Source: Narcine bancroftii
Taxonomy: Eukaryota
Direction: 5' to 3'
Length of the DNA stretch: 64,000 nt
Assembly: GCF_036971445.1 (NCBI RefSeq)
Contig: NC_091472.1
Location: 203,856,001-203,920,000, forward strand
The position numbers and the translations under genes were made by a program. The notes below the pieces were generated by a model that had not been told where the DNA came from, did no database searches, and saw only the letters and a list, made by a program, of their open reading frames with translations. Each line of letters begins with the position of its first letter. Positions within the stretch are counted from its first letter, which is position 1. Of this stretch, positions 35,601-47,600 are shown piece by piece.

Positions 35601-38600
35601 TCATCTGGAGACAGAAAGGAGTGTGGGTTAAATCATTACAAAGGCAGCAATAAATAGTCATTGTTTCTTTTTTAAATTCTTCAATGCACTCTTGTCATAA
35701 CATATACTATGACCCAACTAATCAGCTGTTTGTCATACACTTACAATGTACAGATGCAATGCAAATCTTACTTGCTGCAGCTCCCCACATACTCAATCCA
35801 TACCAGTAAAATTAACACACAAGAGAGACAAAACAAATAATGAATATTCAGTTCTATGGTGGTCTTGGAGCTGGTTAGGGTAGGACAGTTCAAGAGCCTG
35901 ATAGAACTCAAAAACCACGAGAGAGGAGCAGAATTATGCCCATCAAACCTGCTCTCCCATGGCTAATGTATTCTTCCTTTCAACCGCATTTTCCTGTCTT
36001 CTCATAACCTTTTTGACACTCTTACTAATCAGAATCTATCAACCTCTGCTCTAAATCTACTCAGTGACGTGGCCTCCACAGTCATCTGTGACAAGGATTC
36101 CACAGATTCACCACCCTCTGCCTGAGGAAATTTCTGCTCATCTCTCTTCTAAAGGTACATCCTTTTTATTCTGAGGCTGTACCCATTCGTCTTAGCCTCC
36201 CTCGCTACTGGAAACATCTACTCCACATCCACCTCTTTCAATATTCGACAGCTATTGAGAAAAGCTGTTCTTGAACCTTGGCTGCCAGACTTCAGGCTTC
36301 TGTACCTTCTGCCAAAGGTGATGGCAGCCTCTGAGGATGTTGGCTTCCTTATTAAAGGCAACTCTTCATGAGGATGTGTTCAATGGGGTCGGGGTGGGGT
36401 TGGAGGAAGGTCAGTATTCTGGATGGACTTAGTTATGTCTGCCACTTACATGCTTTTCGAGTGCATCCATTCAAGATTGCAAAACAAGACTCAATATTTG
36501 TTATAGCCTGGGCAGATTTGTGCACCTGTTTAGTCAATTTATGCATAATAACTGACATCCATTTCAACTCCATTTCCTTGTCTTCATTCACCATCACAGA
36601 ATATTGAACATTCAGTACATTACTGTTTTTAATCTTTTACCTAAAGGAGCAACAGAGGTAGGAATGATAAATTCATTTGTGGACCAAGACCTCAGTGTCC
36701 CCTTATGCAATTGGATTCTTGACTTCTTGTCTAATAAGCTGCATTCAGTGGTAACGACATCTCTTCCACAATCACACTCAATACTGCTGCTCCGGAACCA
36801 TGTCCATTCATTCCCCTTCTTTACTCACTCTACATCCATGACTACCCAGCTAAATACTGTTCCACCTCCAGCTCCAAATTTATTGATAACACCAGAGTCA
36901 CGGGCAGGGCGTCAAACACAGAATGCCAAGTAAAAACACAAAATGTTGGAGAAGCTCAGCAGGTCAAACGGTGTCCTTTATGTAGCAAAGGTAAAGATGC
37001 AGAACCAACTATTTGGGCTTGAGCCCTTCATCAAAGTATGAGAAAAATGCCGGCAAGCGTCAGAACAAAAGAGTGGGGGTGGGGGGGGAGAAGAAAGAAG
37101 ATGTTAGGTGGAGAAAGGGGGGCAGGGACAGCAGTAATGAGGGGGAGGATGGATGGCTGGGTGGGTGGAAAGACAGGAAAAGGGGGAGTGGAAAGAAAAG
37201 GCGAGCCGTTTTAATGGAAAGCAGTCAATGTTAATGCCACCTAGCTGGAGAGTGCCCAGATGGAAAGTAAAGTGGTGTTCCTCCAATCTGCAGGTGGTCT
37301 GACAGAATGCCAAGATCAATAAGACTTCAGGAGAGGGAGCAGAGTCGGTGAAGCTTCCGCAGGTCAGGGGGGAAGCTTGTCGGCGTTCACGTTGGGTGAT
37401 CCAACAATGAAGAATGACGGAGCCTATCTTCATTAAAACCTTCCGGGTGCCAGCCCGGCACGGTTATGCAGTAGAAATATCTCCCTATTTCCCCTGCAGA
37501 GTGGCCTGCGCTACCTCGCAGTACTACGGAATCGCAGGATGTGGAACATTAGTGGTGTTGGAACAGGAGGAAGGTGGAATTAAGCTTTTCAGGAGTTTTG
37601 ACTGGAATGATAGTCTTTTTGATGTTACGTGGAGTGAGAATAATGAACATGTCCTGGTTACTGGTAGCGGTGATGGATCTCTGCAGTTCTGGGACACAGC
37701 TGGCCCTCCTGCACCTCTACAAGTCTTCAAAGAACATACTAAAGAGGTTTACTGTGTTGACTGGAGCCAAAGACGAGGAGAACATCTGGTAGTATCTGGA
37801 TCGTGGGATCAGACTATTAAAATATGGGATCCATTGGTAAAAGATTCAGTTTCTACATTCCAAGGACATGAAAGTGTAATTTACAGCACAATCTGGTCAC
37901 CACATATCCCAGGTTGCTTTGCCTCAGCCTCAGGTGATCATACTCTACGAATCTGGGATATAAAGACAGGAGGATCGAGAATAATAATTCCTGCTCATCA
38001 AGCAGAAATTTTGACTTGTGACTGGAATAAATACGATCAGAATTTGCTTGTTACTGGAGCAGTTGACTGCACTTTACGATGTTGGGACCTGAGAAATATT
38101 CGGCAGCCAGTGCATCAACTCGCTGGCCATTCCTATGCGATACGAAGAGTCAAATTTTCTCCCTTTCATGCAAATATATTAGCATCCTGTTCATATGATT
38201 TCAGTGTCAGGTTTTGGGATATTTCCAAACCAGGCTCTGTGCTTGAAACACTTGAGCACCACACAGAGTTTGTATGTGGGCTTGATTTCAGCATACATAT
38301 CCCTGGTCAGGTTGCTGATTGTTCCTGGGATGAGACTGTGAAGATATATATTCCACCTTGCCTTGCATTTAGTCATTAAATTTGGCATCACTGGACAATT
38401 TAGTACATCATGTTCCACTTCCCAAACTACTGTCTCATGTATTTTGTTTAGTTCATGCCCAGCTTTACTGATTATATTTTGTGAACTTGTAAAGCTCTTC
38501 AGCAGTTTAATATACAGTCACTGGAATGTCTGATTTGATGTTTCTGGTACGTGCTGATTTGCATTTAGAGCAAATGCAACTTTTGTTCTTCATTTCGTTC

Positions 38601-41600
38601 CATGCAATTTGTATTATGAGAACAAGATTGAGAAATCGGAACTGCAAACTTCCAGCTTATTTGTCCACGTTACAGAGTGCTTGAGGAGTTGGTGGATAAG
38701 ATTCACAATTAGAAGTTGACCTATTTATATATTGTATAAATTCATTAGTGGATAGCCATTGCAAAAGTTAGAGATGAGTTGGAAATTTGACTTTCTATAT
38801 TTTGTACTTCATATATTTCACCCTGATTTTTGGGTTAACTAACAGAAAGCATTTTCTTGTTTTTCTGGGACTTCATCCAGACTGTAAAACTAAGTCCATC
38901 CCTTAAAAGGACTATGACTAAATTAATTTTAGATTATGATGGGTAGAAGATGGTGGGGTTCCAAGATCAACTGCTAGAAATTGATTTGGAGGAATTGTTA
39001 TAATCACGGATTTCCATAACTGTTTTGCATTATGATTGAAGGATAAAAATACTGTTAATCTTAACTTGAACACTTGCTGCAACAAGAAATTTTATCTAGA
39101 ATTTTGTCTGCTCTGTTACATTTAAGGATATTGTCATTATGAAGTGTATATAAATCTTAATAACATTCAAAGTTATTCACATTTTCAGACTAACATGCTT
39201 GGTTTTCTTAACATCAGCAACAACCATTTACATAGTGTCTTTAATATGGAAAATAAATTGAAGACTTTCTGAGATGTTTAAAAAAAAAAAGGAGAGGGAG
39301 CAGAGTCCACACCATTAACTGCACTGAAATAGAAAGAGTGGATAGCTTCAAGTTCTTCGGAATAAATATCTACGATGACCTGACCTGGACAAGCACATTG
39401 ATATGGCAGTTAAAAGAGGGCATCAATGCCTCCACTTTAAAAAAAAAAGAAAATTCAACATGTCCCTCAACAACTACTACAGATGCACCATCAAAAGCAT
39501 ATATGCTGGGTGCATCACTGCGTGTTATGGGAGCTGTTCTGCTGAAGATCAGAAGCTACAGAAAGTAATGAATGCAGCTCAGAACACAATGAAAGCTTCC
39601 CTCCCCTCCATGGACTCCATTTACATCTCCTGCAGCCTAGGCAAGGCATTCAACACATTGAAAGGCCCATCATACTGAGAAACAATCTTCAACCTCCCAT
39701 CACAGAGAAGACTCTAGTGCAAACATGGGCACAAGAGGACTTAGCTACTTCACCACGACATCAAGCTCCTGAATGAGCTCCACAGAAGTGCTCTCACGTT
39801 GCCCTTGCTTGGTGCTCATTGATCCTTTTTCTCCCCCTGGCAATCTATGGCCTGCAAACTATACTCTTTGCGTGGCTGTATTAATTATTAAAGATAATGT
39901 GTGTGCTTGCAGAAGATCTCTTCTCACTGTTCAAAGTGTAGCGTGACTAATCAGTTTTATTTGCAAAATATTTTTAAATTCAACTATTTAGAGCACCAAC
40001 TTCCCACCTTTCTGAGTCATGTACAATTGTCATTTAATAATTTATGCCTGGGATGGCTCGTTGATTTATTAAGTCTAGACTCCAAAGAAAAGGCATTCCT
40101 GAAGTCATCAAAATAGATAGATGACTGGCCACTGGATTATTGCTGCTATGCCCTGGCACCAAAATGCGGCAAATTCAAGATTTTATTGTCATGTAATAAA
40201 ATAGAAAATGTGATGGTACACAAAATTTCCTGTCATCCACTGCAAGGAAGACACAGATTTGCTATTAGCAGAAATTGCCCAGCATTCCTGACTGACAGAG
40301 AAAGAGAAGGAAAAGAGCGTTCCCCCTCCCAGAGTCGATGCATGTCCATGGCCTCACCTCCAGCCCAAACCAATGGCAACCAAACTCCAGACGCACATCT
40401 CTGACATGATCGCAATGCCTCCAGCACCCTCTCACATCCCAGTTTCCAAAACCTCTTCAGCCAGTCTCTAACAGGCCACAGCATGGTGTAATCCCTTTAA
40501 CTGCAATCGCCCACGCCACACCTTGAGTCACCAACAGCCCACTGCCTGTGTGTTCTTCAGCTCAGAGCACCTCACTAATCTACTGCTGTGGTCACCATCC
40601 CGTAGATAATCTCCTATGCTTCTCAAACTGGGGGTCGGTCTAAGTTTTCTGGTGGCCTGCGTCAGTCCTCTGCTTCCCCGAAGTCTGCAACCCCTCAAGG
40701 CCGCTGCCAAACGTAAACGCTGCCATCTTGGGCCCAGAGCTCACAGTTGCTAGATTTTTAAATAAACCATCGTGGGCTCCATTTGAAGCCAACACGGACT
40801 AAGCGGTTGGACCTAGCAGGGGGAAAAATAAATAAATCGCTGCATCTCTGCTCCCTGTGGGTCTGCACAAGGTGCAGAGCTACCATTACAGCAGCTCCAG
40901 CAGTGCTGCCATTTTTTATGGAATATCAATCTTCACCCAGCCTCAGCTTCCTCTGGAACTGGATACAATATTGTCAAGACAATTAATGCTGCAAATCTAC
41001 ATGGGCAAGCTCCCCAACTCTTCCTCCACTATATCAACAACTACATCGGGGCTGTCTCAGACACCCGTGATGAGTTTGTCAACTTCATTCACTTTGCTGC
41101 CAACTTGCATCCCGATCTCAAATTTACCTGGTCAATCTCTCCCTTTCTTGATCTCTCTGTCCCCATCTCGGGAGACAAGCTTTCCACTGATGTATTTTGT
41201 AAACCTACCAACTCCCACAACCACACTTCTTCACACCCAGTCCCCTGCAAGGATTTTATTCACCTCACAATTACTCCGTCTCCACCTCATCTGTCCCAAG
41301 ATGAATTTTTCCAGTCCTGATCATCTGAAATGTCCGCCTTCTTCCAGAGCCGTGGCTTCCCCTCCACCACCATCTACTCAGCCCTGACCCGCATCTCCTC
41401 CATTTCCTGGTCATCTGCCTTGGCCCCCACCTGCCCCCAGACACAATAAACACAGGATTCCCCTTGTCCTCACCTACCAGCCCACCAACCACTGCATCCA
41501 TCATATTATCCTCTGTAATTTCCACCACCTGCAACATGATCCCACCACTGGGCTCATCTTCCCCTCTCCACCTTCTGTTGGGATAGATCCATGTCTCCCT

Positions 41601-44600
41601 CATCCACTCATCTCTTTCCATCAATCACCTTTCCCTGTATGAAGTGCCACACTTGTGCCCACACCTCCTCCCTCACCACTATTTGGGCCCCAAACAGTCC
41701 TTTCAAAACTTCCCTTCTGTATCTATGGGAGTGATCCATTGCATCTGGTACTCCCTTTCCAGCCCTCTTTACATCGGAGAAACCCAACGCAGACTGGGAG
41801 ATCGCTTCACTGAGCACCTTCACTCCGTCCACATCAGTGACAAGGATCTCCCAGTGGCCAACCTCTTCAATTCCATGCCTCAACTCCCATGCTGATGTGT
41901 CAGTGCATGGCTTCAAGTTTTGTCCCATCAAGACCACCCATAAATTTGAGGAGCAGCACTTGAAACACTCTATAACGCAGGGGGTCCCCAAATATTTTAG
42001 CCCATCAAGTCTTTGATCTCTCATAGACCCCAAGGCACTTAAAAAAAAACTAAATAATAATTAAGTAGACCTGCAGCTTCCATATGTATTAGTGAGGGAA
42101 AATACATGCCATATGCATGGTGTCTGGGCCTCCCAGCAACAACCCAAACTTTGTTACAACACCCCAATTGCCAAGTAACAAATCTGTAAATTAAGCAAGC
42201 AACTGATTACAATAACAGTAAAAAAAACCTTTGCTTCTGGCCGGGAAGATGCCAAACAGAGATGGGTCCAAGTCTTCAGCATCAGGGGCAGCGACTCCAT
42301 TCTTAACATCAGCTGCAGTGCTGCCCGTATTAGAGAAGTCACCTCGGGCTCCTGGGCAGGAGCAGAGGACCGTTGGGCTCCACAATTCTTTCAACCCAAA
42401 AAGTTCAATCAACCCCCTGGCATTTTTTAACCCTTTGGATAATCCCACTGACCCCCAGGGGTTGATATCGACCACTTTGGAGACCCCTACTCTAACTGGA
42501 TGCCATTAAAATCAGTTTCTGCTTGCCTACTCTCCGCTCTCCCTCCTTTACCGTTTCCTTTGTCTTCTTTCCTCCAGCTTTCCACCCCTTCCCTCTCCAT
42601 TCACATAGCCATGTGCCCTCCCTGTTTACTGGTGTGCCTTTGGGACTGTACTCCTCCCCCACCCCCCTCCATTTCCTTCAGGTGCCTACCTACATTTTTT
42701 CAACCCTTAAAGGGTCAAGCCCAAAACGCTGGTTATGGATCTTTATCTGTGCTATACAGAATACACTGATTGACCTGTTGAGTTTCTCCCGCGTTGTGTT
42801 TTAATTCAACTATGGTGTCTGCAAATTTTCGTGTTTCACCACATCTTCAAGACTGCTTATTTAAAAGCTGTGCTGATACTTGTGAATGCCCCTTTCATAT
42901 TCCACGAGAACACCCCCCCACTCACCCAGTGAGGCAGATAACATATTCCTTCCTCAGCCACAAATTCCAAAACGCCACAATGTGTCATTCGATCAGTTTT
43001 CCTGTTGGTAAGTTTAAAGAGCATTGGGTACGTGATGTTCAGTCGACCTGGAAGCACAAATAAAAAATGGTTTCAGTCCAACCACAAAAGGGAGAACAAT
43101 ATTTTAATCATCATTAAAACCATTCAAAATAGAGCAATCATTCCCAAACTTTCCCCCCCACCCAGCTTTGGCTCCCCTCCCCAGGACTCTGCTCAAAGTT
43201 TATAGGCTCCCTTTCCTGTGAAACAGTCAAGTTTTAGTTTCTTCCGTACTTCTCTCTGACTGACTACATTAAAACAATATTTATGTCACTGTCAACTAAT
43301 TGAAAGAGTTTGAGCATCATTTCACAGACTTTATTTCACATCATACATCATGGAGTGCAAGCAGCGGTCTCCACTGCTCACTGACTTTGAAATCTACTTC
43401 TACAAGCACATATTTAATTATACAGAGAGACAAGCAAGCTGTTAAAGAACATAATGGAATAAATTTGTTGAAAACTACATGGTCTTTTACTACAATTTTT
43501 GTATTAAAATCTTTGTTTTGTCTAAGATGAAGGAGAGCGTGTCAATAATCATTGTTAACATCAACAACCACTGTTGGTGCCCTTGATAACTATTAAGCAC
43601 GTCAGCACTTACTTCCTCAGGAGTTTCTGGAGGTTTGGTATGACATCAGAAACCCTGGTAAATTTTTACAGATACGTGGTGGAAAGTGTGCTGACTGGCT
43701 GCATCACAGTCTGGTATGGGGACAGCAATACCCCCTCCCCCCCCCCAAGCGTAAAACCCTCAAAATTTAGCGGACAGTTCAGGATATCACAGGCAAAACT
43801 CTCCCCACCATCGAAAACATCTACAGGGAACACTGCCGCCGGAGAGCAGCAGCAATCAACAAGGATCCACACCACGCAGCACATGCTCTGTTCTCACTGC
43901 TTCCAGCAGGAAAGAGGTATCGGTGCCACAAAACTTGCACCACCAGGTTCAGGAACAGCAGCTACCCCTCCACCATCAGACTCCTCAACAATAAACTCAA
44001 TCAGGATTTAAAGATCTTTGTGCACTTTCGAGATTTTTTAAAATTCTCACCATATTGCAGTTTGTTTACATTTTTTATTTATTTACATGTATATGCTGTG
44101 TATAGTTTCTTTTGCATTACCAAAGAATGGTAATTCTGCCACGCCCACAGGAAACTGAATCTCATGGTTGAATGTGATGTCATGTATGTACTCTGACAAT
44201 GAATCCAAACTCAAACCTTAAATTCTAAATAATATCTCGCTGAGTAGATGCTGTATTAAAATGGGCTTTTATTGGGCAACTATGTTAGTGTCAAATATCA
44301 AAACTGGAGCCTAAACTTTCTTTCACAGAGTGACAGTGTCAACCTTCATAAAATTTGTTCCATTTATACAAGGTGGAAAAAAACCAAGGCTTTTACTTAA
44401 ATGTGCTGTGGCCCACATGGAGAATGGCTGCAAGAGAGGAATGCTGTGTGACCACCAAACCACACAAACAGTTTCAGAGAAAAAAAATCTAGAAGAACAC
44501 CATCTCAAATTCCACTATGGTATGAACAATGAGTCTTCCAATTTCAGGTCATCCACACTCTATGTCCATTTCCCGTCCCCACCAGTCCACCCAAAGACTT

Positions 44601-47600
44601 GGTCCCTTCACCGTCCCTCTCCTCACACTGCCTTGTAATCTAGACCATCCATTCTCAACCTGATGTGACTCTCTTCGGATTCTGCTCACTTCCTTCCCTG
44701 TGAAGCAGTCAAGTTTTATGCTTTCTTCCATTCTGCTCTCCTACTAACTACATAAAAATTATTTTCTGATTTTAGTCCGTAGGCCTCCTTAAATGTGCTC
44801 CTGGGGTGAGGCAGATGGCCCCAGTTAAGAATTGTTGATCTAGACACAGTTAGTGTAGTGGTTAGCACAATGATGTTACAATGCCAGAGACCCAGGTTCG
44901 GATCCCGCGCTGTCTGAATGTTCTCCCCATGTCTGCGTTGGTTTCCTCCGGGGGTTCTAATTTCCTCCCAGCTTCCAAAATTGTATCGGGGTTGTAGGTC
45001 AATTGGGTGGCATGGGCTCATGGTCCGAAAGGGCCTGTAACTGTGATGTCTAAATTATTATTATTTTTTAAATTTAGACCTACAGCACAGTAACAGGCCT
45101 TTTGACCCATGAGCCAGTGCCCCGTAATTGCACCCAATTGACCTACACACTTAGTATATTTTTTTCCAAAGGTGGGAGGAAACCAGAGCCCCTGGGAAAA
45201 ACCCACGCAGAAACACAGGGTTAATGTATAAACTCCTTACAGACAGCACCAGGACTTGAGCCTCAGACCTGATCGCTGGCGCTGTAAAGGCAGTGTGCGA
45301 ACCACTACGCTAACTGTGCTGCCCTTTAGACTCGTGACTATTCCCAACTTCAATCTATATGTCCATCATCCTCATACCTAATCCTTATAGGTTTCATCCT
45401 TATATGGTTCCATCCATCACCCAGCAGTCTCTGCGACATCTTCTATATTTGGCTACCTTGCTTCTACACCCTCAATCCTGGTGCAAGGTCTCAACACGAA
45501 ATGTCAACCATTCAACCTCCACAGATGCTGCTCGGCTTGCCGAATTAATTTACTGCTTCTCTTTATACTTTTAAATACTCAGCAAGTGAAAGGATGAAAT
45601 GTCACTCATACTATTGCTTGGCAGAAAACTTCATATTCACTTAACCATGGTAGAAGGTTGCACATAAATATTTGGGTACTTACTCAGTTGATCCAGAGCA
45701 GATGGCGGCATTATTACTGCACAAGAAGAAACACCAAACACAATGCAAGTTAGTATAATGGAAAACACAGGGCAGCTTAATTTCAGCTTGAAAACTAGAG
45801 AAACACAAACTTTTTACCGTCCACTACCCCACCCGTGGCAAGCGGTGAAGCAAACTGTTCCTTAACCAGAACATCAGAGAATCCCAATGCATCAATTAAG
45901 CTGTTCAACCATTAACAGTGCCAAGAAGTTGGCAACTTCACACTATTAATGATCAACTGATCTTGATTAGACACCAGGAAAGAATTTTCCAAATGCAAAG
46001 AAAACAAAATTAATGTGCTGAATAAATAACAGGAGCTTATTCACCTTTCAATGAAGGATTTCGTTAACAATTATGAGTATTAACATGATTCAGTATTGAG
46101 AAAGATCACATCATTCCTGATATCTATTTTTCCCTTCCTGAACGTACATAACACAGCACAATATCAAGATCCTCTTCAGCTCTGGGAATCTTCCAATGGA
46201 GCTCAGGTTGCAGGGAAGGAAAGATGCAGAGCCAAATAAATATTGGTAGCCTCAGCTCAGTTCTTGGTGAGTATGGACACAAAACAGTTTGCCAAAAAAC
46301 TACCACCCCCCCCAAAAAAAAAAACACTGACAGATTTCCACAGGACATGGAAGGAGCCCTTTGGGCTTATGAAGACTGTGGGGGCTCACAGAGCAATCAA
46401 CTTCCATCAACTGTCCCCCTCCTACACCAAAATTCATTCGTTCATCTGCACATGAACGGCAATTTACAATGCCAACCCATGTCTTCAGGAGGAAGCTCAA
46501 GAGAACCAAAACACTCCAGACAGTACTGGAAGTTAGAATCAAACTCTTGTCTCTAGAATTTTGATGCAGGCAAATGGTGAAAGTCATGCTTGTCCAGCTG
46601 ATTAGCGATCCGTGTGAGTTGAATTCTGTCATACCTATCCGCCCTTCATGAAGTAGGAAACTTCAGAGTTCCGAAGATCAGAACTTGCTGAAAAGTGGCA
46701 CTTGCTTTCATGTCAATGCAATGTAATGTGGATAAAATTACAAGCACTTACTTTTCCCTCCCTTCTCTACATCCGATCGATCACTGCCTGCAAACATTGA
46801 GACAGAGTAGCAGCGGTACTGTGTTGAGAACCGATTCCGAAATGCTTGCGGAATTGCCTGGTCAAACATATTGAAGGCGAACTATATTGAGAAGACACAA
46901 GAGCATTAGGGAAAAAATCTTTTCTTTTTCCAATCTTTTTTATTAGTTTTAATGTACACAAATTACATAGGTATATATGATTAATAAAATAATATCAAAT
47001 TACAAATATCAAATAACAGTAAATAAGGTACATTATTAAAATGGAAGAAAAGGAGAGAAAGAAAAAAAATTTCTAAACAAGAAATCTTATCAGATCTACT
47101 GACCAAGGGAAGGAGTCCACTAAATAATAATGGGGTATTAAAAAAAATAATTAATCTACAAGTTTTTGAAAATAATTGAGAAAAGAAACCCAAAGTGAAA
47201 GAAAATTAAAATTAATTTCAGTAATAGAACATCTAATTTTTTCTAGAGACAGACATGCCATCACATCCTACAGCCATTGAGTATGAGTGGGAGGGACAGC
47301 ATCTTTCCATCCCTGCAAAATGGCGCTTCTAGCAATGAGGGAAGCAAAAGCCACTATGTGGGACCGTGAAGAAGTCGGTGTTAAATCCATTGGCCCACTC
47401 ACTCCAAAAATAACAATGAAAGGCCTAGGAATTGAGTTAGTATCAAGAACTAATGATAAAGTGCAAAATATTCTTGCCAGAAATTAAAAAGAGAAGGGCA
47501 TAACCAAAACACATGATACCTTCCTCAGTTATATGTTCAGAAGAGATGTTCGTACAAAATTTAGCGAACTGAACTTTGGAAAAGTGGGCCCAATGGAATA

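Larger units (their letters stand above)
36600..39960 (+). mobile_element. Decayed Rex1/L2-like LINE split by a Penelope-type fragment and the PEX7 retrocopy
   Basis: [12 protein letters not shown] at 36604-36930. The element resumes after the TSD at 39308 with [19 protein letters not shown] and [17 protein letters not shown]. Confidence 0.7.

Noticed and set aside
35317-35661. 114-aa ORF as an extended UFD1 exon 5
   Set aside because: The frame simply reads through the splice sites. UFD1 similarity stops at the U12 donor.
37414-38379. PEX7 as contamination, horizontal transfer or the ancestral locus
   Set aside because: The sequence is vertebrate-like, and the UTRs, poly(A) and TSD embedded in a host LINE point to retroposition of an endogenous mRNA.
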